This document shows, piece after piece, positions 1 through 12,966 of a stretch of DNA of 43,281 nucleotides. A model generated the notes under the pieces. It was not told the origin of the DNA. It ran no database searches and saw only the letters and a program-made list of their open reading frames with translations. Origin of the DNA: Psammoneis japonica (taxonomy: Eukaryota); assembly GCA_008632985.1 (NCBI GenBank), contig QPGO01000343.1:1-43281 (forward strand). Direction: 5' to 3'. Positions within the stretch are counted from its first letter, which is position 1. Each line of letters begins with the position of its first letter. A program made the position numbers and the translations under genes.

Positions 1-473
1 CGACCCATCGTTACTTACTCTAGGGCCCTACTGTACTTTACTCTTTACTTCATCACGGATCACGGATGGACAATGGCGTTTCGCCGATTTCAACAATACG
101 ATCGTCTCTGAGGTAGTACTTTGTCGTCTATTCTCACGGAATATCATACGTTATAGCATAAGGTAGGCGCTCTTGGGTCGAGTTTCACACAGCATTTCAA
201 AAACGCAAGAAGTATATACCCCTTTACAAGCGCCATGCTCATAATGAGACTTGTCCTTGGTTGAAGCCTTTTGTCGATAGAAGAAGTGGAGACCGTGATT
301 ACCACAGAACAAGTTCGGGCTATCTCTGTGGAAGGCAATGACATGGCGGAACATTGGTGATGCACAAGTCGAACGAGAAAAGAAAAAAACAAGAGTCAAC
401 GAATAAGGTTTCAGAATAGGGCGCCAAAAAGTCGTATCTGCCGTCGTTTTTCGGGGCGTCAAAGGGCGAAGAT

Positions 474-3400
474 GTGTCACCGGACGAGGAAGATCCTCCA
501 ATATTCTTGGCAGTAGAAGAAATGAAAGAGCTCGAAGCATTTAGTCTCGAGCAAACCTCTGAATCGGAAGTCTTAACAAATTCAAAGATTTACGAAATCA
601 AGTTTACCCTGGGTGCCTTCGACTTGATAACACGTGGGATGAGACCTTTGGCGTCATTGGATATGGGCGCGGTGAGAACCACATTTGATGCAGCTTTGTC
701 TCTCAAGCCTCATGGTTCACGACAAGGCTACCTCAAGAGCTTGTTCCCTACTGTCATACGTAGCTTGCGGTACTCGTCACAGAAGGAGGGGGCTTCAACC
801 ACTGGTGCTTTCAACGTTCACTTGGAATAGTCGAACACCGGTGACCAACAATTGATTCTTTTCCGATGGTGGCCTCATCGGTACTTTTGAAGGATGTAAA
901 AGCCTTCTTCTTGCTTTCCAATACCGTATCGGTATCCGCGTCGCAACAATTTTGTCAGAACCCACTCTTAGAAATGTCTGAGTGGTTCGGTTGATCTCTT
1001 TTATGACGCCGGTCACACACTATGGAGGCTGGGGCGGTGGACATTGTTGACGAAACCGCCGCAGCCGCGAGGGCAGCCAGTGCTGCAGTGTCGGACCAGC
1101 TATCTACTGCATTATTTGCAGATGCCTGGAAAAGTAAAACGAAGAAGAAAACTACCTGGATGATTTATTTGTGACGTCTTCGCCCCCCATCATCATCCTT
1201 CAAAAAAGTTGTGTTGAGCCGACTACCGATGTACTTGTCTTTGATTTGGGGCACTTCAGCTTGAAATACGGCAAGATTGAGCCGCCGCAAAGTGTTATGG
1301 AATTGTTCTCAAGTCAACCAAAGCGAAACACTACGAAACCGGATCCTCTCAAGGATTATAGCGAACTAGTGGTGTCTTATCTCATGTTTGTTACAGGGAA
1401 AACGGGTCAGTTGAAATGGGATGACTCTATGACATAATCACTCAATCTCAAAATGGGGGTAGAAACAGCTCCCAATGACGAGCGCCCCCGTATCTGTACG
1501 TTTGGCGTTCTACCTACGGTTTCGCTTCGTATATCTCCAACTCAGGTCAAAAGAACCGCATCTTTGCTCAGTACATGGCGAGATGTATGTCCATTCTCGA
1601 TGAGGTCGAACATGACGGAGGCCGCGATGCGAGTTCAACATCAGTGACAAGCTCTATATTGAAAAGGTCGTCTGCTGGGTTTCAAGACACTTCGAAAGCA
1701 GCAACCATGAGTGAAAACCACAGGACTTGAAGGTGGTCTCTACGACCTTATTGTTCTGCACTTCGCTATCGCGTTGCACCTGCTATCAATATGTGCCGTC
1801 ACTGATGACGGCATCGTCTGCGTCTTTGACGGGCGATCGAGGTGCTTCTTGCCGCCTGAGAACGGGATGGTTTTGGACTTTGGACCGGTTATCGAGTGAC
1901 TTTCCATGGGAGCAGCGACTGCGGGCTCATTCAAACCTCCCAAAACCAGCAGCGTCATTTGCGGAAAATGACGAGTACAATGTTCTTGCGGAATTAGAGA
2001 AGCTTGGTACATTTGATGACAGTTTCTCTGGCTCTACTGAATTTGTTAACATTACTTTTATAATGCCCGGAAGAAGCTTTTCTGATTCAATCGAGTTGCT
2101 TGATCCACTGGCGGCACAATTTCGGAAAGAGAATGAAACCGTGGCACTTAATTTTATCGATGCTACATTTTCGAGTTTATATGTTCAGTGGAATCCAAAA
2201 GCAATCCAGGCAGTGACAGCGGTACGGTCAAAATTCTCTCTGCCACAGAAGCGCCTTTCGCTCGCCGAGGTGTCGCCGCGGCTGTCTGCGATTGAGTCAC
2301 CATTACCTTTGCCTCGACGAGAAATCTCTCATAAAAAGCTTCGAGTCTGATGAGTTTTCGATCTCGAAGGCGAAAGCTCGGCACTTTGTTTTGAAGGCCG
2401 AGATGAGGCACTTCGAGATATCCTTGAATTCTGTCATAGACGATCTACCGCTTTTTGAGATAACAATATAACATCCGACGCAAAAGTGAGTTTTCATTCC
2501 TCAGAGAACGACGAGCAGAGCAATACGAAGGCCTCGCTTGAGCTTGGGGATGTTCGAAAAGAGGCACTCACTAATGGGAAAACGCGGCAATCGTACAAAA
2601 CTCTTCTTGGACTCGCCCCGCACCAGTCCGTCAACTAGTTTGCTCTCTGTTCAATACAACATAGGGCGTCAAGCAATCATATCATTATCACTTCAGGACG
2701 AGGGTGTCGACACCTGCGACGCTTGCGCGAAGATTAACCTATCACCCATGAGACTGGTCTATACATTCGCAGGTATTGACGCTGGTTGAACATGTTACGG
2801 AAGGCATTTTGAGCGCGCTTTTTGCGGAAGCTGCTTCATTGGCAAAAGATGCTGCGATTGAGATTGCTAGTTCTGTAAGTGGGGGGGGGGAGATAATTTC
2901 TGCCATAAGAGCCATCGGCGCCGACCTTATTATACCGCAAGCCGCTTACTCTCCAGAACACCTTACCCTCCACGCTGGAGACCTCAACGTACGGTACCAT
3001 TCTCCTCCTGGTTCGGGTGCTCTTTCAACAGCAAGTCTCTGGCTTTCAGAGCTGTCGCTGCAAGATAACGCTGGAAGGGAGAAACGCCGACCGCAATTTC
3101 TATCGACGTGGAACTTNCCGATCGCAATGGCTGCCGACGTGGAACTTCCACCAATTGGCGCAGGGACAGCACAACAGCACACGATGCGTTTGGTTATAAG
3201 AACATCACAAGCTTCATTTCTAATGTCGAAGGCGCAGTGTGAACAGATGATGAATGCGCTTGAATTGAACATTGGCCCAAGTGATTCAATTCTGCGTGGT
3301 GGTGGCGACCGCACAAGCCTCGTCGATGAAAATGAGGAACGTTCCATTGAAATTGGCGATGCGTCTAGCGCATCAACAGAAGTAGGCGTCGCACCTTGCG

Positions 3401-5380
3401 CGAAGGAAAGTGGTCTCAGGCAGGGCATTTCTCATGCTGGCGTTGTGGCAATAGATATTTCTTGGTGGACGTCATGTCGCTCGAGCTTTGTGGTGATGAT
3501 GTCGACGCTCGCATTGCGCGATGAGCTGCCGCGAAGACGTCCATTTCATTTTCTGTGATGCCGGACGAAGAAACAAAGCTCGTGGACATGAAATTGCCAT
3601 GCCTTGTTTGCGAAGATCGAAGGTTGAAGGCGGTGGATAGGGACTTCCGATCCCTTGTATCCCAGGTGGACAATCGCGAAGAGGATGTTGAAAATGATTT
3701 ATTTCGATTTCAATTTGTGAAGAATGGGAACAAATAAAGCGAACTCGATCTGCGCATTGAGTCACCACGCCTTGTGTACATTCCGAATGCAATGGCTGAC
3801 GTGCTGGGCTTCGTATCACTTGCAAGCAGTGGCAGTCTCACGGAAGAGGGCAAGCTCACAGGGTCGGAAAACTCTGCGCACGACGAGAAAGAAATTGAGG
3901 TTCACTTCAACGAGCATGGGGAGGATGTGGAAACGTCCTTCGTCCCATCCAAAGATGATGTTTCAACGACTTCTATTTCGACATCCACCGGAAGTTGCAG
4001 CGTCGTTCTGGTTGATGTTGGACACTCGTCCAATGCAGTGAGAAGAGCATCTATGCTATCAACTGCAGGTTGCACTGGGCAGGTAATGGAGGCGGTCGTC
4101 CTTCAGTTGCATGAAAGCCAAGATGTCTCGTGTGTCTTAAATCGAAGGCGGCAGACTTCTCAGCACTGATGTAGAAATGCATGGCGAAGGAATGGAGACA
4201 CACAGTGCACATGGAAGGTTTCTAGAGAGTCCGTTGCAAATTGTAGAAACCGCAAAGGTGACTTTGGTAGTCTCGACGAAGTCAAGTGCAACGAAATTTA
4301 TTGACGTTGACATCAAACTCGTCACCTTATCGCCGATATATAACATGGTGTTTTCAATGCAGAACCAGCTCTCGCGAAAGCCATTAGCCATTAGTTCCGG
4401 GTTTTCACAATCTCTCGGGTCGGAAGCCGAAGACGAGCAAGTTGTCCACATCAGCGAGCAAGAGGCATCACGAATTGAACGACTGGCGCTACAACTTGAA
4501 TCTAATGCTGGCTTCGAAGCTTCGAGTGACAGGAAGGTGTTGCACACTCAGCAGTCTGCGGTGGCGTTGTCTTCGGTGACATCGCCCGGTTCCCGAAAGA
4601 CTGCGGCTTTGCCAAGTTTGGACGTAAAATATGACCATGCCAGAAACAACGACAGCCTTCATGAATGTTCTTCAAGGTATGGATGAAGCCCTGTTCAGAA
4701 CAAAAGCTAGGAACTTTGTGGCCTGTGCTAAGGTCAGGAGCGGCGTGGTTCCTCAGGCTAGATTCACACACCAAGTTGCCTTTGAGTGTCATGTCAACAC
4801 ATCCGTTCTAGCAGGCTGTTGCTTCCACGAACATGTGGCAACAACTTTTGGTGAAACCGTGGGAAATCACAATGAACAGCGCTCGAGGCGTCAGTCGGAG
4901 ATTTAACTCTCAAAGTGTGTCCACTGCTGTGGACATCGAATCTTTCCCGTGTCACGTGTCATTCTCAGAGCAATTCCTTGATGGCACTGGCGCTGCAAAT
5001 CGCATGTGGTCAGTCTTTTCCTTGGCTTCCGCTGATGGTGCGGCAGAAAAGATTTCACCAAAAGCAAGAGAGAAGGTGTTGAGTTCGACACGCTCTCTGA
5101 CTGCCACCCTGCCACACGCAATTGAGAACCATTCCGGGGTTGATGCATTTCTGTCTTTGATGGGGGAGCGGTGCAGCGAGCGCTCTTGCCCCAGTGGAAC
5201 TGTGCAATGCTTTCGATTTGAACCTCCTGGCCGTCAAGGTTGTGGCGGACTTGGGTGCTACGGACAGGATGTTTCCCAGCTAAAGGGTCTTGTTTTGATG
5301 CTGGGTGAAAGAAGGATAGAGACAGAAAGCATCGACAAGGAGACAAAAGAGCCCAGACACGCTCACTCACTGGGACACTC
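474..5380 (+). pseudogene. VPS13: VPS13-family (chorein-like lipid transfer protein) gene relic, internal portion, with many frameshifts and stops
   Basis: Successive + strand ORF fragments carry VPS13-like motifs in plausible order: PPIIILQKSC..DVLVFDLGHFSL (1171-1437), LIIPQAAYSPEHLTLHAGDLNV (2776-3558), WQQLLVKPWEI and LPHAIENHSG (4833-5606; cf. WEPLxEPW and PYxIxNxTG). The many frame breaks exceed those seen in the intact genes of this window. Ends are approximate. Confidence 0.7.
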
Positions 5381-6669
5381 AGAAGAAACTCAATTGTCGT
5401 TCCACAAGAAGTTGGTGCAGGACATGCCCAATGCTGACTCTAGAGAGTGCTGTCACATGGTGCCATGTCGACAAATCAGTGTGAGCTCCCAAAAGACATG
5501 CAGGCTGCTTGCCACCTGCAGCATTCTTTGCTTTTCACTGGCTTTTTGCTGGGGCGATGCCCAAGCAGACTGCACCTGGGGCTCATTCTTTGTTGCCAGC
5601 CGATGACACGAGCGGCCTTTTCTTTCTTCCAGCTCGCTTCTTCCCCGTAGATTTGCCCTGACATTCTGACGACTGGTCGCGCTCGTCCACGAAAGAAAAC
5701 ATGGGTGCAGAAATCAACTTCTTTTGATGTGCTCGTGGATGGTGGTTGAGAAGTCCACCTGCTTTTTGGGTTCCGAAACGAATTCCGTGTCAACAGGAGC
5801 ATGCTCAGAGGACCACATCGTGGAATTGCAATCGTGGCGAGGAATGTCGTCTGGCAACTCCTTCCACATCATTGTTCGGGCCAGTTTGAGTTGTGAATGT
5901 TTGGGATGGTGGCGGATTTGGGCCAGCGATGACACAGGCCAGTCGTGAATTGTTCAGGAGGGCAGTGGTGGATGTGGGCTGCGGCACGCGAATGTTTGGG
6001 ATGGTGGCCAAATTTTTGGTGCCAGGTGGACACGCAGTTTTCTGCACTGGCACAAATGTTCATGCTCTGCTGTGCATGTCGCGCGCGCTCGGTCATGCAT
6101 GCCCAACAAGGAACCCGGATCTGGGTTCCTTGCCTGGTGCAAAAATGTTCAACAATTTAATTTTTTTACACTGGGCAAGAAAAAAGGTTGGATCTGGGTT
6201 CCTTTTCCTTTTCCAATGATGTCATGACACAGGAGAAGGACGGACGGCATGGCTTGGGAATCTGGAACAAAAATCGATCATCAAAATCACGCCACAACGA
6301 ACATCGCTTCTTTGCAACCACTGCACTGGCACCAACCATCAACCATCTCCCATTTCTCCCTCCATGCAAGCAACATGCCGTCAACAGAGTCGGCTGGTGA
6401 AAAGAAGAAGAAAAAGAAAAAGTCTTCAAAGTGATCCAACAAGTCTGAGAAACCTCGTCATGATGATCCCGAGCCACAGATCCAAGATCACGAAGCAAAT
6501 GTTGCGGCTCATCTTGTTCACTGTTTGGAGCACAAGCCTGCCCCGATTGCAGCAATGGCATCTGCACGTGTTGTTGGAAGAGGACGTGGTCGCATTTTGA
6601 GTCGGAGCAACGGGCACGTGGAACCAAAAAGTCCATCTCAGAAATGGCGCACGCTGTCAACCATTCACG

Positions 6670-6960
6670 GTCAGTCGAATCGTCCAATCAACACCATGGT
6701 CTGGACTCGTTGTTTGAACAATGACAGCAACACTCTTGTTGGTGCTTCATCAGATGGCACCTTGTCTGTGTTGGATTGGGAGCAGGGTGTGTCCTGCAGT
6801 GTTGTTTCCTCTGGGGGAGGTGGTGTGCAGTGCTTGGCGAGTCTCTGCAATCACGCCGAAAACAACGATGAGCACAAGACATGCTGCAATCTTGTTGCTG
6901 CAGGATGTGAAGATGGAGCAGTTCGTGTCTTTTCTGCATGGGGGAGAGCGTGGAGCATCA
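6670..6960 (+). pseudogene. WD40-repeat gene fragment, degraded
   Basis: ORF 6525-7097 contains TLVGASSDGTLSVLDW and LVAAGCEDGAVRVF, two WD40-like repeat ends. It is Tyr-free and lies in the TA-depleted zone. Confidence 0.5.
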
Positions 6961-8235
6961 TTCATGTTTGCAATGCACGACGTTTTCAACCGCTGCCGGA
7001 GGTGTTTCAGCCACTTTCGCTCCTCTTTTGCTCGACTTGCCGCCTTGCACAAGAAACCGAAATTGTCTTGTGTCATGTCCGAGTCGCTTGCATTTAAATT
7101 CGTGGCATTCTCTGTCATTCACCCCACGCTGTTGGCATCAGACCGCTCTGCATTTGACAGGCCTGACTCCAGCAGCTGCTGCAGCTCCAACCTTTGCTGC
7201 TCCGGATCGAGAACCTGAGTTGCCTGTAGAATCATCCGCAAACGAGCCGTCGTCTGAGACTCCGAAACGCAACAATGCCTCAACACCGACTGAAGCTTCG
7301 CTGCAGAGTGATGATGAACCAGCACCCAACAAGCAGGTGCGGTTTGACAGTGGTGAACGAGATGAAACAGCATTTTCGGCATCCTCCATGGCCAGTGGTG
7401 GAAGCAACAAGCGCGGACTGGTGTCACGCCGGGGCGGCAGGCATTCAGTGTGGCTTGCCGCACCGAGGAACAATCAAAAAACGACGACAATGATGGTGCA
7501 GTGACTTCTCTGACGTCGTCGAACAGCAGTGGTTTGTGGAACTCAAGCTCACCCGAGCAGGCCCAAAAGGGACCACTTTGCAAAGTCTCAAGCTGAAAAA
7601 GGAACTGAGAACAAGGTTGCAATCAAGAACGATGTCGCGACCTTGTCGGATTCATCACACTTGCAGTTCCACGAAGTGAGGTGGTGCGGCCAGGTGCAGC
7701 TGCAACGGCAGAGCAAAAGGGGAGACCAACGTCCATTGCTGTTGGTCCATCCATGATTGCATCCGCAAGTCCGCTGGCTCCACACGATGGTTCTCCTTCT
7801 GCCGCATCCAGAAAACCAAAATTAAAAAACCACCCAACCTGCCCCAAAAGAAAAAGAGCAGTGAAGGCTTTTAAGTTGTCGAAGGAATGTTGCCTTTTCT
7901 CCAAAGGCAACCGAGGCAACACCGAGAATTTCTCCTGTCAAATCACCGGCCGTTCGATTTTTGCCCTCCTTGATGATGCCAAATTGCAATCCCTCGGAGG
8001 ACTCTTTTTGTTGCCCTGTTGTTCGTCACCACGACGGTGGAGAAACTCCCGGAACGTGGGCCAGGAGCGGGAATGACGGACTTCATGCTAGACTTTGGAA
8101 AGGGACATGAATTGCTGTCGTCATTTGACACATCCAATGGTGAGTTGACTTCATTTTGTTGTCTTTGTCTGCTCGCTCGCTGTCGTCATGCTGCTTGCTG
8201 GCTGCCTCTACTTTTCGTCCTTGTTGCAGTCCTTG

Positions 8236-8602
8236 TGCAGCACGCGACTGTTGTGTGCACATTCATGATTGTGTGTTGTTTGTGTGTCAATCGTGCCACA
8301 GTCGTGGATGCGTGCAAAGGACAGAACGATCACACAGAGTTGATCGGATGTCGAGAATTGCAAACACGATCGATTGACGATGTTGACATCTTGCGTGTCA
8401 ATGGCAATCGCACCCGGACAATCTGTTGTCACGAATGCATTCTCCGAAAGGCCTTTTGTCTGTAGAAGCAGTGCAGAAGCTTTGGGCCATTGAGAACTCG
8501 TTCGGAGAAACCAAAAATCACAGAGCAAAATTCAATCTCATAATTTCCACTTTTCGCACACTGTTCTACTTTCGTTTGCACTCGTTCTTCGAGCACAGTG
8601 CA
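8236..8602 (+). repeat. 5' LTR (367 bp)
   Basis: TGCAGCACGCG...GAGCACAGTGCA; aligns without gaps to 12600-12966. Confidence 0.95.
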
Positions 8603-10729
8603 TTGTGCATGCACACCACAGAAGGTAAAAAGCATGGAAAATGAAAATTTTAACTAATGTGCCTTTGCAAATTCTTCTACAAACAGGAACGAATCGCATC
8701 AGTTCTGCTGGAATCGATTTCCGAGCGGAAGAAGCTCAAGCCGAGCAGTGCCTCAAGATGGAACGCTGTTTTTCGTCTGCCAAACAAGAGGATTCGCTCT
8801 GACACGGTCTGTTCCAAGCACCCAAGGATCAAGGGCTCTCAAGCACACCGCATTGTCAAAAAATCTACACCAAGTCATGGTTGCAGAGAGTGCAAGTTCC
8901 GAGTCGATCAGATCCGAGAAATGCGTCTACCATGCAAGGAGAGACCATTGGAGAGTTTTTTGAGATCGAATCGATGATCCTCGAGTCCAAAGAGCAAGAG
9001 GGAATCGTTGGAAAGTACCTCAAGCGTCTCGTGACTCATGTCCTCCGAGGAAATGCACTTCAGAATCAGGGAAATTATTTTCGAGACGACCTGAAGAAAC
9101 CAGAGCCGCTCAACAGCAAGAAAGCCTCTGACAGACCCAAGAGGTCAACGATGAGAGTCCATGCGACCCTCAGATGGATTCTAAGTCGAATCTAGCGGGA
9201 AACCGAGCGCTGATTTATCAGCCATCACTCGCACCGCAAGGATGGCAGCATCAGTCTACTGTCCAAAACAATCAACTGTTGCAGCTCATCCTTGATGAGC
9301 TGATTAAGTTTTGAGTCATCCAAAGGTCGTTCATGACGTCCGTGACGAAAAAACATGTCAACTCAGGCTCTGACAGCGCAGCTGGTTCCAAAATTAAAAA
9401 GGTTCCAAATTTGGTTCCAAAAATGGTCTCCTGTGTGGTGCCAGAACAATCCAAAGTGAATGCAAGGTCTCATCTTTGAAAAAAGAATGCCCACATCACG
9501 GATTGAAGCTGTTCTAAAAATGAACTAGCAAAAGAGTGCAAGGGTGACTCTGAAAGAGACCCAAAAATGCGCCGTTCAAATGGCAATCGCACGCAGTCAC
9601 GTCGCGACAACGAAAATGCCGCTCGCAAAAAAAGAGATGAACGTCATGATTGATCAGGCGGTTCAAAAAATGCTCAAAGCGAGTTCCTTGAACAAAGAAA
9701 AAGAGCACAAGGGCAAGGAATCAGATTCTGACACCCTCAGTGAAGAAAAACACCAATTTGATCGGATGATCCAGACTGAATCCGAAGAACAACTTTGGTC
9801 TGTTCACGAATTGTGTGCTTTGCTGGACATTGGGAAGCCTAGAAAAAAGGCAGAAATGATTCACACTGGTCCAGGAGTCATCATTTATGTGAATGCTTCC
9901 TTGGGAAAGGAGAGAAAAAAAAGCATCTGCGTGTTCCCATCGACAACGGAACATTGTCAACCACAATTTTGCGCAAATTCGTGCGAAAGTTGAGAACACA
10001 AGAATCCGCCACCAAAAACTTGGGAAACCAAGGGTGAGCTCTTTACGACTGACAGCAAACACCGAACTCAGTTCTCACCATGCGAAATTTAAGGCATGCT
10101 GACATTCAAACAGCACATGTTGAAAACACCAAATTTTCTTCAGGTTCAAATGACATGATCATGGGACACGACTTAATGTCCAGTCCTGCAAGTCACATTG
10201 GACTGCGCAAATGCAGAAATCTAATGGGAAGAAGCAATTGCCTTATGAAGAATGTTCACACACTCTTCGATGCCGATGTTTTCAAGCTGAAAACCGATCA
10301 CATTGAAAAATGTGACGCCGTGAACAGAGTCAGTGACGGAACCAATGGTCCTCGACTCACATTGTCACGCCATCGATCTTAATCAAGTGACAACTACGGC
10401 GATGCATCTAACCCAAATGAACACAACCAACTCAATCTTCTTCTTAAGAGGTTGAAATCGTTTTGAAAAGTTCCTCAGACGAATGCATGGGAAGCACCAG
10501 TGGATCTCATCGTGGAAAATCTGACGCGATTCCACGACGCGTGAGAACCTTCTCCTATCATAGTCTTTGGAGGCGTCCAATCAAAAGGAGTTTGACCCAT
10601 TATGAAAGATTGAAGTCTTAAGAATGAAATTGCTCTGAACAAGTCGCTCTGAGACTCATTGTCCAAAGAAAACAGGTCGAGTTCGACCGCATCCGACACT
10701 CAGAAGCTCAGCACAAGGTTCATACAGGT

Positions 10730-12290
10730 GGTGTATCCTTTACCCAATATTCAGGAAATACTGTTGAAGCAAGAACGTTTCATATATGTAATCTATTTGA
10801 TTCAAACATGGAATGCCACCATGTCAAATAAAAAAGCACACGTCGTGCTCACACGAAAATCATGCCGTGGGGAGAAAATGAGTGCTGTGGACTTCCAATG
10901 AGAATCTATAGAGCCCCAGATATTTTTATACAACACTTGAGTGAACTCATAACAGGTTTGAAGTTGTCAGAACGACTGTGTGTGATCGTTTGTGCCTGAC
11001 AAAAGTAACTTCAAAATATCACCTGTACAAGTAACAGCTTAATACGGCATTCAAACGACTAGAACAGTCGCTTAGAAGGTTAACAACAAAAGTCCTTCAC
11101 TATTTAACTTGAAATAAACTATCAAGACTTCCATGCGTAACGACATGCAATCGATTGCAAAGAAAATGGAGGCGATTCAAGCAATCGCAACACGAGAAAA
11201 ACGTAAAGAACACTACGACATCTCGTTGTCATACGTTACTATTATCGAGACATGTAGTCTCAACGATCTCCTGTACAATACTAGCCAAATTCACCTCAAT
11301 AAAGGTCAAACGGCAAAAGTACAAGTACGGAACGAAAAGTCTCCGAAAATATGGAGCGTATCAAATCAAAAACTATATTGTTATCATACACGGATTTCAA
11401 TATTATACGTTACAACGGAAAAAAGAACTTCTGTCCATAGTGAAAACACTTATAAAATTCCGAAATATACTGTTCGGCCAACATATTTATACATATACGG
11501 ATCATAAGACACAACGGACAAAGTCATACGTTGACAACTTCAGTCCCGAATTAGAATACAACGAGGGCAAGGCGAACATCGTCGCGATAGACGCGATCAG
11601 CCGACTTACTATAGAAAATTGAATCCTACGACAATGTCCTACCGTTAAAACGGGATAAAGACATTCCCTCCAAATTGTCGGACGCGACATATCATACGAA
11701 CACTTTTCGTGGAGGCGAGCGAGATCGAAAAATGCTCATGTCACAAGGATAAAATCGCCTTTTTAAAGGACGATTTAGGAAAAAACAGTGACAGATTGGC
11801 ACACATTATACGTGTCCACTTCACACTGGCAAAAGACAATCTCACAACACCCGTACGGTTGTATTGTACAATGTACGAGGCAAGACATTAAAATATACAT
11901 CATGTCGACACACGAGATGTGCCAAAGATCTAGAAAAAGAAAAGAAAAATGGACATTCATCCACTCAGTGCACGAAACCAGTGCCTTCGGAATGACAAAA
12001 TGACACCGGTGTGTCAGAAAGAAACGTCCAAATGACGATTAAAATCCAACTGATAGATGGTTGAAGTACAAAAAAAAAAAAATCCATGATGGAATTCACA
12101 ACCATCACAGGATTGATCATCAAGACGAAATGGTCACAATGTCTTTGACCATCGTTTGTTGTTGCTTGTGAAACGTGGCAGTGCAGCAGAGCAATGTGGC
12201 ACATAAAGTGAGCCCGCCAAACTGCATGAAATCCACAAGCAAGCAAGTGAATGCCATGATTAAGAGTGTACATTAAGCACTGGGCACGAT
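10730..12290 (+). pseudogene. Gypsy pol remnants (reverse transcriptase, RNase H, integrase)
   Basis: YPLPNIQEILLK (RT, about 10734); KELLSIVKTLIKFRNILFGQHIYTYTDHK and FSPELEYNEGKANIVAIDAISRL (Ty3 RNase H, about 11420-11610); NPQA...IKSVH*ALG resembling the integrase NPQANxxxERxH motif (about 12230-12290). Confidence 0.85.
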
Positions 12291-12588
12291 GCCATGTACA
12301 ATCGACATCAGGAAAAACACTTGCTCGCTCCAGGACAATCAGTCCTTGTGTTCATGTCAACAAGAACGTCAATGAGAACACTCGACGTAACACCACACAT
12401 GTGCACATCAAGTGAGAAACAAACAATGTCGCTCTCAAAAGACATTCGGAAATTGGAGCGGCCCCACATTGCCCACACAAAACAACAACAGTCATTGCTG
12501 ATGGCACAACACAGTGAAAGTGGAGACATCATGGACACTGTCGATGTCCGTCGAACAATCCACTTACAAATGACTCCAATGTGCAATT

Positions 12589-12599
12589 GGGGAGGCGAA
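12589..12599 (+). promoter_or_regulatory. Polypurine tract of the Gypsy element
   Basis: GGGGAGGCGAA immediately upstream of the 3' LTR start at 12600. Confidence 0.7.
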
Positions 12600-12966
12600 T
12601 GCAGCACGCGACTGTCATGTGCACATTTGTGATTGCACATTGTTTGCACGTCAATCGCACCACAGTCGTGGATGCGCACAAAGGACAGAACGATCACACA
12701 GAGTTGATCGGATGTCGAGAATTGCAAATACGATCGATTGACGATGTTGACATCTTACGTGTCAATGGCAATCGCATCCGGACAATCTGTTGTCACGAAT
12801 GTATTCTCTGAAAGGCCTTTTGTCTGTAGAAGCAGTGCAGAAGCTTTAGGCCATTGAGAACTCGTTCGGAGAAACCAAAAATCACAGAGCAAAATTCAAT
12901 CTTATAATTTCCACTTTTCGCACACTGTTCTACTTTCGTTTGCACTCGTTCTTCGAGCACAGTGCA
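12600..12966 (+). repeat. 3' LTR (367 bp)
   Basis: Ungapped match to 8236-8602 with 22 mismatched bases by manual alignment, all transitions. Confidence 0.95.

Larger units (their letters stand above)
8236..12966 (+). mobile_element. Ty3/Gypsy LTR retrotransposon, full-length but degenerate
   Basis: Direct 367-bp LTRs with TG...CA ends, 4-bp TSD CTTG (8232-8235 and 12967-12970), purine-rich tract GGGGAGGCGAA before the 3' LTR, and internal RT, RNase H and integrase remnants in Gypsy order. Confidence 0.92.

Noticed and set aside
8603..8625. Primer-binding site after the 5' LTR
   Set aside because: TTGTGCATGCACACC lacks a clear TGG-start tRNA complement. It may be obscured by mutation, so it was not called.
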